Source of the DNA: Desulfovibrio sp.
GTDB taxonomy: Bacteria; Bacillota; Dethiobacteria; DTU022
Assembly: GCA_020060545.1 (NCBI GenBank)
Contig: JAGUZX010000134.1
Span: 29,808 to 93,807, forward strand
Direction: 5' to 3'
Length of the DNA: 64,000 nucleotides
The position numbers and the translations under genes are program-made. How positions within the stretch are numbered: the first letter of the stretch is position 1; every line of letters starts with the position of its first letter. The notes beneath the pieces were generated by a model that saw nothing but the letters and a program-made list of their open reading frames with translations, was not told where the DNA came from and did no database searches. This document shows positions 1 to 8,950 of this stretch, one piece after another.

Positions 1-1084
1 TAGCGTAAATGTTGTTTGTATACACGCATCGGGCCGTGTAGCGCACGTTGGGCACCTTGTAGAGGGAGGAGATCGGCATCATCATCACCGATGGTGTCGT
101 CGCGCCCCACGAAGTATAGGCGCCGTTGTCGAGCACCATCTCGACATCGCGGAATGTGAGCCTGCCCTCCCTGGTGCAGCCCTGTGCTATTTTTGCTTCC
201 ACCTTCTGGCGCGCAGGCGTGGCGAAAAATTCTTCTTCCCTGGAGAAAACGAGCTTTACGGGGCGCCCGGCATAGTAAGCCAGCAGGATGGTGATGAACT
301 CGAACGGATAGGTATCCAGCTTGCTTCCGAAAGCCCCGCCGATCGCGGTTGAAACTACCCGGACCCGCTTGTCTTTCAAGCCCAGCGCCGCCATCGCTTC
401 GAGAAAATCCCGCTGGGCGAGGTAACGGATCTGGGTCGGGCTGTAAACGGTAAGGTTCCCACCCGGCTGGAATTCCGCCAGGCAGCCCGAGGTCCCCAGG
501 CAGCAGTGCGTCACCCAAGGCAGCAAAAAGGTTTCTTCCACCACAAAGTCGGCCTGCCTGCGCCCTTCGTCCGGATCGCCGCAGATCAGCTTCCAGGGCA
601 GTTTAAGGATGTTGCTTCCTTTCTCCTCGTGGATCAGCGGCGCGCCCTCGCGCATCGCTTCCACCGGGTCGAAAACGGCCGGCAGCGGCTCGTATTCAAC
701 CTCGATCAGGCGCACCGCTTCTTCCGCAATTTCCAAGCTTTCCGCGGCGACGGCGGCAACCTCATCCCGGTACTGGCGCACCTTATCCTTTTTCAAGACC
801 GGGTTGTCCTTTAGAAAGCCTACCTTGATCTCCGGGGTGTTGTAACCGGTGATCACCGCCCTTACCCCGGGTAACTTCTCGGCGCGGGAGGTGTCAATAT
901 TAAGGATGCGCGCATGAGCGTGCCGGCTCCAGAGGATCTTGCCGTAGAGCATCCGCGGCATTTTTAAATCGTGGATGTAAACGGCTTTCCCCTGGACTTT
1001 ATCCAGCGCGTCAAGCTTCGGCAACCTCTTTCCGACCGCTTGCAGTGCAACCCCGCCTGATTCCGGTTCAAGAACTTTCGCCAC
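1..1084 (-). CDS. Xanthine dehydrogenase-family molybdopterin-binding large subunit (5' part; runs off the window edge)
   Basis: Not in the ORF track. Manual translation from GTG at 1084 gives MAKVLEPESGGVALQAVGKRLPKLDALDKVQGKAVYIHDLKMPRMLYGKILWSRHAHARILNIDTSRAEKLPGV..., later VSTAIGGAFGSK (Moco-contact motif). Follows the FAD and 2Fe-2S subunits. Confidence 0.93.
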   Translation of the reverse strand, partial: MAKVLEPESGGVALQAVGKRLPKLDALDKVQGKAVYIHDLKMPRMLYGKILWSRHAHARILNIDTSRAEKLPGVRAVITGYNTPEIKVGFLKDNPVLKKDKVRQYRDEVAAVAAESLEIAEEAVRLIEVEYEPLPAVFDPVEAMREGAPLIHEEKGSNILKLPWKLICGDPDEGRRQADFVVEETFLLPWVTHCCLGTSGCLAEFQPGGNLTVYSPTQIRYLAQRDFLEAMAALGLKDKRVRVVSTAIGGAFGSKLDTYPFEFITILLAYYAGRPVKLVFSREEEFFATPARQKVEAKIAQGCTREGRLTFRDVEMVLDNGAYTSWGATTPSVMMMPISSLYKVPNVRYTARCVYTNNIYA

Positions 1085-1550
1085 AGGAACACCCCCTTTT
1101 GCTTGCCGCTGCAACGGCCTCCACGATCTTGGCGTAACCGGTGCACCGGCATAGATTTCCCGCCATCCCCCGCCTGATCTGATCCCGGCTGGGACGAGGG
1201 TTTTCAGCCAGCAGCGCCTTGGCCGACATGATCATGCCCGGGGTGCAGAAGCCGCACTGGACGGCGCCGTGCTCCACAAATGCCTCCTGCAGCGGATCGA
1301 GCCGGCATTGCTTCCCGGCCAAGCCTTCAACGGTCTGCACGCTTTTCCCGTTAACAAAGGCCGCAAGCATCAAACAGGCGTTCACTGCTTCCTGCTCGAC
1401 AAGCACGGTACAGGAGCCGCATTCACCGTAGCCGCAGCCCTCTTTGGCGCCGCGCAGCTCAAAATGCTCCCGGAGCATTTCCAAAAGAGTAACCTGATCG
1501 GGCACTTCCGCGGTCACCGGGTCACCGTTAAGCAGAAACGATATCTTCAC
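1068..1550 (-). CDS. XDH-family (2Fe-2S)-binding small subunit
   Basis: GCGYGECGSC...C and QCGFCTPG...NLCRCTGY motifs. Start trimmed to GTG (VKISF) behind GAAGGGG; 1559 is an alternative start. Confidence 0.93.
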   Translation of the reverse strand: MKISFLLNGDPVTAEVPDQVTLLEMLREHFELRGAKEGCGYGECGSCTVLVEQEAVNACLMLAAFVNGKSVQTVEGLAGKQCRLDPLQEAFVEHGAVQCGFCTPGMIMSAKALLAENPRPSRDQIRRGMAGNLCRCTGYAKIVEAVAAASKRGCSCGESS

Positions 1551-1555
1551 TGCAA

Positions 1556-2437
1556 TCACCCCTTCATCGTTCGTCCCGAGCGCTCGAGAGCCTCGGCGGC
1601 GGCGCGCGGCAGCAGCGCGCAAATCATCTTCTTCCGGTAAGCGGCAGTTGTCCGGAAGCTCGTTCTGGGGCTCGAATCTTCTAGCGCCAGCACTCCCGCT
1701 TCTTCCCACACGGCGCGGTAGAAGGGTTTTCCGGCTACATGCTTCTCCGCCCTGATCGCCCTGATCGGGGTCGGAGCGGCCAGCGTCAACGCAATCCTTG
1801 CTTCTCGACAGATCTCCCCGCCGGCTTCAGGAATCAGCGTGACGGCAACCCCGAGCAGCGGCAGATCCATCGCTTTGCGCCGGGTATGCTTGAGATAGCG
1901 GGAACAGGCCTCCGGCGGAAGCTCCGGGATGATGATCTGTTTCAACACTTCATTGGCGGCCAGCGCGGTTTTACCGGGGCCGCGGAAAAATTCGTTTAAG
2001 GAAATGTTCCTTTCCCCCTCCGGCCCTTCAACCAGGAGTACGGCATCGAGAGCGAGCAGCGGACCCGCCGTATCCGCCGAAGGCGCCCCATTGCAGATAT
2101 TCCCCCCCACGGTGGCCACGTTGCGCACCTGAACAGACCCCAGGTTGTCGACAGCATCAGCCAGCAGGGTGAACCGTTCCCGGATCAGCGGCGAGCGTTC
2201 AATCGCCCGGTGCGTAACCATGGCACCGAGCCGCAAATACCCGCCGCTAAAGTTGATTTCATTAACGCCGGGCACGCTGCGCAAAGATATGACATGATCG
2301 GGTTCCTTTTTCCCCTGCTTCATCTCCACAACCAGGTCTGTTCCTCCCGCAATAAGGCGGGCTTTTTCCCCGTACGCACTCAAAAGATGGACCGCATCTG
2401 CAATCGATTTTGGTTCGTGATAAGTAAACCTTCGCAA
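1556..2437 (-). CDS. XDH-family FAD-binding medium subunit
   Basis: IAGGTDL and QVRNVATVGGN...PSADT motifs of CoxM/XdhB-type flavoproteins. Confidence 0.93.
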   Translation of the reverse strand: MRRFTYHEPKSIADAVHLLSAYGEKARLIAGGTDLVVEMKQGKKEPDHVISLRSVPGVNEINFSGGYLRLGAMVTHRAIERSPLIRERFTLLADAVDNLGSVQVRNVATVGGNICNGAPSADTAGPLLALDAVLLVEGPEGERNISLNEFFRGPGKTALAANEVLKQIIIPELPPEACSRYLKHTRRKAMDLPLLGVAVTLIPEAGGEICREARIALTLAAPTPIRAIRAEKHVAGKPFYRAVWEEAGVLALEDSSPRTSFRTTAAYRKKMICALLPRAAAEALERSGRTMKG

Positions 2438-2455
2438 TGCTTATCCCTCCCCTAA

Positions 2456-2477
2456 TTGGAAGTTGGAAGTTAGAGGT
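2456..2477. repeat. Heptamer tandem run (GGAAGTT-like), inverted relative to the 2641-2673 run
   Basis: ttggaagttggaagttagaggt. Confidence 0.6.
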
Positions 2478-2492
2478 TTGCTGTCGGAAATA

Positions 2493-2535
2493 CCCCTCTT
2501 ACCCTAACCCTCTCCCGCCAGGGGGGGAGAGGGAA
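2493..2535. repeat. Palindromic intergenic repeat of the CCCTAACCCTCTCCC...GGGAGAGGG type
   Basis: cccctcttaccctaaccctctcccgccagggggggagagggaa; stem ccctctccc/gggagaggg. Confidence 0.7.
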
Positions 2536-2640
2536 TCCTCTCTCTCGCTTCCCGCCATCAGAGCGCCATGCGGCTGTCGGCATGCCGAAACCGTCCCCAC
2601 TTTTCTTGCTATCAACAGCTCGAGAGCGGCCTCATTTTTT

Positions 2641-2673
2641 TCCCACTTCCCACTTCTCACTTCCCACCTCTCA
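2641..2673. repeat. Heptamer tandem run (CTCACTT/CCCACTT) overlapping the hydantoinase B stop codon
   Basis: tcccacttcccacttctcacttcccacctctca. Confidence 0.75.
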
Positions 2674-4420
2674 ATACGGCGGTAGCTTTTTCGTCCACAG
2701 TAAAAGTGTCCCTGTCGATGACCACACCGTAATCTTCTCTTGCCTTTTCGAAGGATACGACACCGTTTCTCACGTCGGCAAGAACCTTTTCCGGCGGGCG
2801 CAGGTGCGGGTCGCCGTAACCGCCGCCGCCTCCGGCCTGCTGGTACCAGATTGTCCCTTGCGGGACACCGTGCACCAGCTCCTTGCTCCTCGGAACGTAC
2901 ACGCGTCCGTCCGGGTAGCGCAGCTCGATTCTGTTCAAAGTGCCCGGCTTTCCTCCAAAAAGGCCGAAAGCGGGCTCGACATCGCCGTCGCCAAAAGTGA
3001 CACAGGTAGTATTACCCGCGTTAATAACGAATCCGGTCTCCACGCCCAGCCCGCCGCGCCACCGTCCGGCGCCCGCGGAATCGCAGAGATACTCGTGCTG
3101 GAGCAGCAGGTGGGGATCTTGCAGCTCAAACATTTCATAGTCCTGCGCCAGGACCCCTCCGGAGGCGTCGATCATACCGATATGATCGTAACCGTCAAAG
3201 CCGCGTGTTCCCCCCGAGCCGCCTTTCATGGCCAGGAAAAGAATATCGACGTAGGGTGCGTTCTTCCGGGGATCCTGGCCGGTCACCAGGCCGCACAGCA
3301 GCTGATTCCATCCCGCGGTAACCCGCTCCGGGATGGCCGGGGCAAGCGCCCGGATGATCGCGTCGGCGACCGGCGGGCAGAGATGATTGCCGAAGGTTGT
3401 CGCGGCCGGGAAGGCGGCGTTAAGAATTTTCCCCTCCGGGATGATCATCCGGATTGGCCTGGACATGCCGTCATTGTGCGGGATATCGGGATTGACCATC
3501 TGCAGGAACGTCAGGATCACGGCTGATGCGGAAGAGGTAAAGGTGCCGTTCACAAAAGCAGGCGTCTGGGAGTCGGTTTCTGAGAAATCAAAAGTAATCG
3601 TTTCATCTTCCACGGTGATTTTGACCCGAATTTTGTAGGTTGAACCGATGTTTTTCCCGTCATAATAAACGGTCGATTCGCCAAGGTAGACCCCGTTGGG
3701 GATACTCCTGATCTCCGCCTGCATCATTTTTTCCGTTGAACGGTAAAGATAATCCTTGTGGGCTTCGTATACCGCCAGGCCGTACTTGCCGATCAGTTCC
3801 AGCATCCGCCTTTCGGCCAGGGTGCAGCTGCCGATCTGGGCCGTTAAATCCGCCGGCACGATATCGTAGCGGATATTGGCAAAGATCAGATCCCAGACAT
3901 CCCGGCGCAGTTTTCCTTTTTCGAAAACTTTCACCGGTGGAATCCGCAGGGCTTCCTGCCATACCTCCGTGGCATCGGGATTGTAGCCTCCCGCCACCGC
4001 GCCCCCGATATCGGCCTGATGACCCTTGCAGGCAGCCCAGGCGATAAGCTTTCCCTCGCCGAAAATCGGTTTATATACGGCTACATCATTGTTCTGGTTT
4101 CCGAGGGAGAAAACATCGTTGTGGAAAATCACATCGCCCGGGTAGATCTCGTCCCCAAAATAACGCACAATGTACTCGCATACGGGGCCCAGGGAGAACG
4201 ATAAGATGGGGAGATTCTCGGTTTGTTCCAGCATTTTACCCGCCCCGTCATAAAGGCCGGTGACAAAGTCCTTGGCCTCACAAAGGATCGGGGACCTGGT
4301 TGTCCGGGTAATGGCATGGCTCATCTCCTGGGTGATTGATTTAAACCGCCGCTGAAACACCGAAACGAGAATTTTGTCGATCTTGACCGCGCTTGCCGCA
4401 TCCGTTTTCGCTTCGCTCAT
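2657..4420 (-). CDS. Hydantoinase B/5-oxoprolinase-family subunit (ATP-dependent lactam hydrolase)
   Basis: SPILCEAKDF, KGHQADIGG, EVWQEALRIPPVK, SAGAGRWRGG, AGGGGGYGDP motifs; 587 aa. Confidence 0.93.
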   Translation of the reverse strand: MSEAKTDAASAVKIDKILVSVFQRRFKSITQEMSHAITRTTRSPILCEAKDFVTGLYDGAGKMLEQTENLPILSFSLGPVCEYIVRYFGDEIYPGDVIFHNDVFSLGNQNNDVAVYKPIFGEGKLIAWAACKGHQADIGGAVAGGYNPDATEVWQEALRIPPVKVFEKGKLRRDVWDLIFANIRYDIVPADLTAQIGSCTLAERRMLELIGKYGLAVYEAHKDYLYRSTEKMMQAEIRSIPNGVYLGESTVYYDGKNIGSTYKIRVKITVEDETITFDFSETDSQTPAFVNGTFTSSASAVILTFLQMVNPDIPHNDGMSRPIRMIIPEGKILNAAFPAATTFGNHLCPPVADAIIRALAPAIPERVTAGWNQLLCGLVTGQDPRKNAPYVDILFLAMKGGSGGTRGFDGYDHIGMIDASGGVLAQDYEMFELQDPHLLLQHEYLCDSAGAGRWRGGLGVETGFVINAGNTTCVTFGDGDVEPAFGLFGGKPGTLNRIELRYPDGRVYVPRSKELVHGVPQGTIWYQQAGGGGGYGDPHLRPPEKVLADVRNGVVSFEKAREDYGVVIDRDTFTVDEKATAVLRGGK

Positions 4421-6522
4421 TTCACAACCCTCCCCGCAAATTCTTCCTCTCTCTCTTTGAGGAAGAGCATGAAACTGCCGTACCGATCTACAACTAAAGC
4501 ATACTCGGGGGTCACAAACGCCGTTGTATTGACTTGCTCAATGATCGCCGGTCCCGCAATACGGTTGCCGTATTTAAGCCTGGCGCCGTCAAATACCGGG
4601 ACATCGGCGAACTCCTTTTGGGCGGGCAGGTATACCTTGCGGTGCCGTTTGTATGCCGGCGCGGGGTCGCCGCCCGTAAATTCCTCTTCCATAAACTGCG
4701 GTTTATCCGTGCGGCCGATACAGGAAAGGCGCATATTCAAAAGTTCAATCGGTGTCCCCTCTTTTTCCAGCGAGTAGCCGTAAAGCAGGTTGTGCTTCCG
4801 GTGAAACTGCCGGGCGATCTCTTCGAGGTTAAAATTAAAAACGTCTTCCCGCGAAACCGATACGTTAACCTCGTGATATTGCTTGACGTAGCGCATATCC
4901 AGGCTGTAGCTGTTTTCGACCCTTGTTTCGGGGATTCTTTCATTGCGCAGGTATCCCCTTCCTTCTGCCTCCATTTCTTGATACAGGTTCAAAAACGTTT
5001 CCTTTTGTAAACGCGATAACGGGACGGAATAAGTGCGGACGAAATCGTGTTTCAAGTCGGACATGAGCATCCCGGCCGCGCAGAAAATAGATGACTCCTT
5101 GGGGATAATGATGACCGGTATTTCCAGCTCAAGTGCGATCATGCAGGCATGATTGGGGCCGGCGCCGCCGGCTACCACTAGGGGGAAATCCCGCGGGTCT
5201 TCTCCTCTTTTTACCGACACCTCGCGCACCCCGGCAGCCATATTCACATTGATGATGTTATACATGCCGGCGGCGGCTTCCACCAGATCAAACTTTAATT
5301 GATCGGCGATATGCTTTTTGATCGCCTCCGCAGCCCTGGCATAGTTGAGCTTCATTTTCCCGCCGGCGAAGAAGTCGGCATCCAGGTAGCCCAGGACCAG
5401 ATCGGCGTCGGTACACGTGGGCAGTTCGCCGCCGCGATCGTAGCAGGCGGGGCCCGGTTTTGAACCGGCGCTTTGGGGTCCCATCCGCAACAGCCCGCCC
5501 TCGTCCAACCACCCGATGCTGCCGCCGCCGGCGCCGATGGTAACGATGTCCAGCATCGGCAGAGCCAGGCGGAGCCTGTTGATATCGCCTTCGGTAGTAA
5601 CCAGCGGGGTTTTAGCCTTGATCAGGGCCGCATCGAAACTGGTTCCTCCCATGTCCACGGTAATACAATCGTTGAAACCGTTGATGGAGGTATAGCTTAT
5701 CCCCGCCACCGGGCCGGCCGCGGGGCCGGACAGCAGCGTCACGGCCGCTTCTGCCACGGCGACCTCCGGTGCGACAACACCGCCGTTCGACTGCATAATC
5801 AGAAGCGTCCCTTGAAAGCTGTTTTCCTTAAGCCTTGTGACCAGGCTCTGCAGGTAGCGCCGCAGTACCGGACCCACGTAGGAGTTAAGTACAGTGGTAC
5901 TGAGGCGATCATAAAAACGGATCGAAGGAAGCAGGCTGCTGGAAACGGAGAGATAGCTTTGCGGCATTTGTGAACCGACAATCTCCGCCGCCTGCCGCTC
6001 ATGCTCTTTGTTGGCAAAAGAGTTCATAAAACAGATTGCTACCGCTTCCACCCCTTCTTTTTCAAAGAGCTTGACGGCCTCCGCCACGCTCTCCGGCTGA
6101 AGCGGCATTACTACCGCTCCCCGGTAATCAACCCTTTCCTCCACGGGCCAGCGCAGGTAACGCGGCACCAGCGGCACCACATTCGGGTAACGGTTGTTGT
6201 ACTGCTCTTCCCTGATGCCCCTTCTCATCTCCAGGGCGTCACGCACACCCCTGGTTGTCAAAAGGCCCGTTTTGGCGCCGCTGTAAGTGAGCACGGCGTT
6301 CGTAGTCACGGTAGTGCCGTGCACAATGGTCTCCACCTGCCCCAGGAACTGCGCCAGGGAAAGATCCAGATCGCGGGCCATCTCGTTCAAGCCGTTTAAA
6401 AGCCCGATGGAGGGATCATCCGGAGTGGAAAGCACTTTGTAAATCTTCGAGGTTCCTTCTTCAAAAGCCAGCAGGAAATCGGTGAAAGTTCCTCCCACAT
6501 CGATGCCGATCTTGTATTTCAA
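4417..6522 (-). CDS. Hydantoinase A/5-oxoprolinase-family ATP-binding subunit
   Basis: IGIDVGGTFTD, HGTTVTTNA, LLSGPAAG, DMGGTSFD, TIGAGGGS, GPQSAGSKPGPACY; 4-bp overlap with the B subunit. Confidence 0.94.
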   Translation of the reverse strand: MKYKIGIDVGGTFTDFLLAFEEGTSKIYKVLSTPDDPSIGLLNGLNEMARDLDLSLAQFLGQVETIVHGTTVTTNAVLTYSGAKTGLLTTRGVRDALEMRRGIREEQYNNRYPNVVPLVPRYLRWPVEERVDYRGAVVMPLQPESVAEAVKLFEKEGVEAVAICFMNSFANKEHERQAAEIVGSQMPQSYLSVSSSLLPSIRFYDRLSTTVLNSYVGPVLRRYLQSLVTRLKENSFQGTLLIMQSNGGVVAPEVAVAEAAVTLLSGPAAGPVAGISYTSINGFNDCITVDMGGTSFDAALIKAKTPLVTTEGDINRLRLALPMLDIVTIGAGGGSIGWLDEGGLLRMGPQSAGSKPGPACYDRGGELPTCTDADLVLGYLDADFFAGGKMKLNYARAAEAIKKHIADQLKFDLVEAAAGMYNIINVNMAAGVREVSVKRGEDPRDFPLVVAGGAGPNHACMIALELEIPVIIIPKESSIFCAAGMLMSDLKHDFVRTYSVPLSRLQKETFLNLYQEMEAEGRGYLRNERIPETRVENSYSLDMRYVKQYHEVNVSVSREDVFNFNLEEIARQFHRKHNLLYGYSLEKEGTPIELLNMRLSCIGRTDKPQFMEEEFTGGDPAPAYKRHRKVYLPAQKEFADVPVFDGARLKYGNRIAGPAIIEQVNTTAFVTPEYALVVDRYGSFMLFLKEREEEFAGRVVK

Positions 6523-6545
6523 TTTATCGCCCCCCCTAACACCCG

Positions 6546-6662
6546 AGTATTCAGTGGTCAGAATCAGTAGCCAGAATATTATGGGCGCTAAACCGTTTGC
6601 TCCAATTCCTGATTTCTAAATTCTGACTCCTGGCTCTTGACTTCTGAATTCTGACTCCTGCC
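6546..6662. repeat. Inverted pair of heptamer runs (TCAGAAT-like and TTCTGAC-like)
   Basis: agtattcagtggtcagaatcagtagccagaat ... ttctgac tcctggc tcttgac ttctgaa ttctgac tcctgcc. Confidence 0.7.
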
Positions 6663-6669
6663 TTCTTAG

Positions 6670-8292
6670 TTAAAATATTGACGGTTCTTTATACTCCCCA
6701 AAAACCTCTTTAAAGACCGCTGTCATCTCGCCCACTGTGGCATACGCTTTTACCGCCTCCACCAGGTAAGGCATCACATTCTTCCCGGCCTTGGCTGCAG
6801 CCTCCAAATCTTTCAAAGTGCGCACCACCGTTCTTGAATCCCTGGTGCGCCTGACTTCCCTTAATCTTGCCACCTGTTCATCCAGCGCGGCGGGGTTATA
6901 TTCGTGGAGCTCAACATCCGGCTCATCTTCTTCAACCACGTACTTGTTTACGCCGACCTTCACCAGCGTTCCATCCTGGATCGCCTTTTCCTGTCGGTAA
7001 GCCTGTTTGGCCACTTCTCTCTGGACATAGCCGCTTGAGACCGCCGCGGCCATGCCGCCGATTGCTTCGACATTGCGCATCTCGGCGCTAATTTTTTGCT
7101 CCATCGTGCTGGTGAGAGACTCGATATAATAAGAGCCTCCCAGCGGGTCAACCGTATCCCGCAAACCCATTTCTTCCGCAAGGATATGACTGGTCATTAA
7201 AGAGATCAACGCCGCTTTCGGCGTTGGGATAGTGTAGGCCTCGTCATAAGAGCAGAGCGCCATGGTCTGTGTCCCGCTGAGGGCGGAGATAAGCGCATAA
7301 TAGGCTCCCCGGACGATATTGTTCTCGGGCTGCTGCATGGTCAACCCCGCGCCGCCCCCTCCGGCCAGCATGCGGAACTGCAGCGAACGCTTTTCTTTGG
7401 CGCCGTAGCGCTCCCGAATCGTTTTGGCCCACAGCCGGCGGGCGGCGCGAAACTTGGCCACCTGTTCAAAAAGGTTCCCGTAGATATCGAGATTAAAAGA
7501 AAGGCGGCCTACAAAATCGTCGATACCGAGCCCGCGCGCGAGAACATGCTCGATATAGGTAATCGCAATCTCAAAAGCATAAGCGATCTCCTGGACGGGA
7601 TTGGCTCCCGACTCGCGGATATGGTAACCGCATATGCTGACCGGGTAAGTGCGCGGCATCGCTTTGCAGCTGTATTCAATGGTGTCGCCGATCAGCCGGA
7701 TCGACGGCTCCACCGGGAAAATCCACATCCCCCGGCCCACCATCTCCTTCAGAATGTCATTCTGTGGGGTGGCGCTGATCCGGTCCAGCGGAAAACCGAA
7801 TTTCTCCGCCACCACCTGGTACATGGCCAGGATAATCGAGGCCACGGCATTGACCGTCAGGCCGCTGCCGATGGTGTCCATTTTAATACCCGCAAAGGCA
7901 ATCTCGAAGTCGCGCAAACTGTCTACCGCCATCCCCACGCGTCCCACTTCTCCCTCCGCCATGGGGTCGTCGGAATCCAGGCCCAGTTGCGTCGGCAGGT
8001 CGAAGGCCACATTCAGCCCTGTTTGACCGTGCGAGATAAGGTATTTGAAGCGTTCATTCGTTTCCCCGGGAGTACCGAAACCCGAGTACTGCCGGGTTGT
8101 CCAGGGAAGCTTGCGAAACATTTCCGGGTGAATCCCGCGCGTATACGGAAATTCTCCGGGGTTGCCGAGATCCCTGGCATAGTCGATCTCTTTCAAATCT
8201 TCAGGAGTGTAGATCGGTTTTACGCTTATCCCCGATTCCAGGATGACTTCCTTAATTTCTTCACCATCCTTAATATATCTCGCTCCGCTCAT
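6670..8292 (-). CDS. Adenosylcobalamin-dependent acyl-CoA mutase, substrate-binding large subunit (divergent MCM family; IaaGH-like context)
   Basis: PGEFPYTRG, RQYSGFG, AFDLPTQLGLDSD, QNDILKE, GYHIRESGA, DPLGGSYYIE; atypical FRMLAGGGGAG and TQTMALCSYDEA. Confidence 0.9.
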   Translation of the reverse strand: MSGARYIKDGEEIKEVILESGISVKPIYTPEDLKEIDYARDLGNPGEFPYTRGIHPEMFRKLPWTTRQYSGFGTPGETNERFKYLISHGQTGLNVAFDLPTQLGLDSDDPMAEGEVGRVGMAVDSLRDFEIAFAGIKMDTIGSGLTVNAVASIILAMYQVVAEKFGFPLDRISATPQNDILKEMVGRGMWIFPVEPSIRLIGDTIEYSCKAMPRTYPVSICGYHIRESGANPVQEIAYAFEIAITYIEHVLARGLGIDDFVGRLSFNLDIYGNLFEQVAKFRAARRLWAKTIRERYGAKEKRSLQFRMLAGGGGAGLTMQQPENNIVRGAYYALISALSGTQTMALCSYDEAYTIPTPKAALISLMTSHILAEEMGLRDTVDPLGGSYYIESLTSTMEQKISAEMRNVEAIGGMAAAVSSGYVQREVAKQAYRQEKAIQDGTLVKVGVNKYVVEEDEPDVELHEYNPAALDEQVARLREVRRTRDSRTVVRTLKDLEAAAKAGKNVMPYLVEAVKAYATVGEMTAVFKEVFGEYKEPSIF

Positions 8293-8323
8293 ACTTTACC
8301 TCCTTACCTGGTCAACACTTAGG

Positions 8324-8740
8324 CTAAAGAGCCTGCCGGAGGGCGGGTACCTCTTTTTGGAAAAAATGCGTAATCTCTTCAAACGAAGTGCCGCCGGGGA
8401 AGACTGCTTTTACCCCCAGGGACTTCAAGCGCGCCAGATCACGCCGGGGGATAACCCCCCCGACGGTTACAATGATGTCTCCCAGGCCGGCATGGCGCAG
8501 CTTCGCCATCAGCTTCTCGGTAATCGGGAGATGCGCCCCCGAGAGGATACTGAGCCCGATCACGTCTACGTCTTCTTGAAGAGCGGCTTCCACGATCTGA
8601 TCCACGGTTTTGTGCAGTCCCGTATAAATCACGTCCATCCCCGCGTCCCTCAGTAAATAGGAGATTACCTTCGCGCCGCGGTCGTGACCGTCAAGTCCCG
8701 GTTTTGCAATCAACACACGCACTCTTTTATGCTCGTTCAT
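8324..8740 (-). CDS. Cobalamin-binding small subunit of acyl-CoA mutase
   Basis: [11 protein letters not shown] (DxHxxG), [15 protein letters not shown]. Confidence 0.93.
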   Translation of the reverse strand: MNEHKRVRVLIAKPGLDGHDRGAKVISYLLRDAGMDVIYTGLHKTVDQIVEAALQEDVDVIGLSILSGAHLPITEKLMAKLRHAGLGDIIVTVGGVIPRRDLARLKSLGVKAVFPGGTSFEEITHFFQKEVPALRQAL

Positions 8741-8950
8741 CAGCGCCACCAATCCCTTCACCCGATAGAGGCCATGATGGTGTGCCTTACCGGCCGTATG
8801 ATAATTAGGGTGTCACTCCAACAAAAGAGGCCTCTTGCTGGCATTGTAGCACACCGCCTTTGGAATAGGTATGTTCGTTTTAGGCAAAATAAACCCATCC
8901 CTTTCGTTCCGGTCATACAAATAAAATCAATCTACAAAAACCGTTCGGGT

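Noticed and set aside
1-2437. Aerobic CO dehydrogenase (coxMSL gene order)
   Set aside because: This order is common to many XDH-family enzymes, the diagnostic active-site loop is outside the window, and the context points to heterocycle hydroxylation.
2657-6522. Acetone or acetophenone carboxylase
   Set aside because: No gamma or accessory subunits are adjacent, and linkage to a Mo hydroxylase and mutase favours lactam hydrolysis. Not fully excluded without phylogeny.
8741-8950. Cobalamin riboswitch upstream of the B12 mutase genes (also checked upstream of cobO)
   Set aside because: No B12-box or GGGAA...GCCACTG elements recognised.
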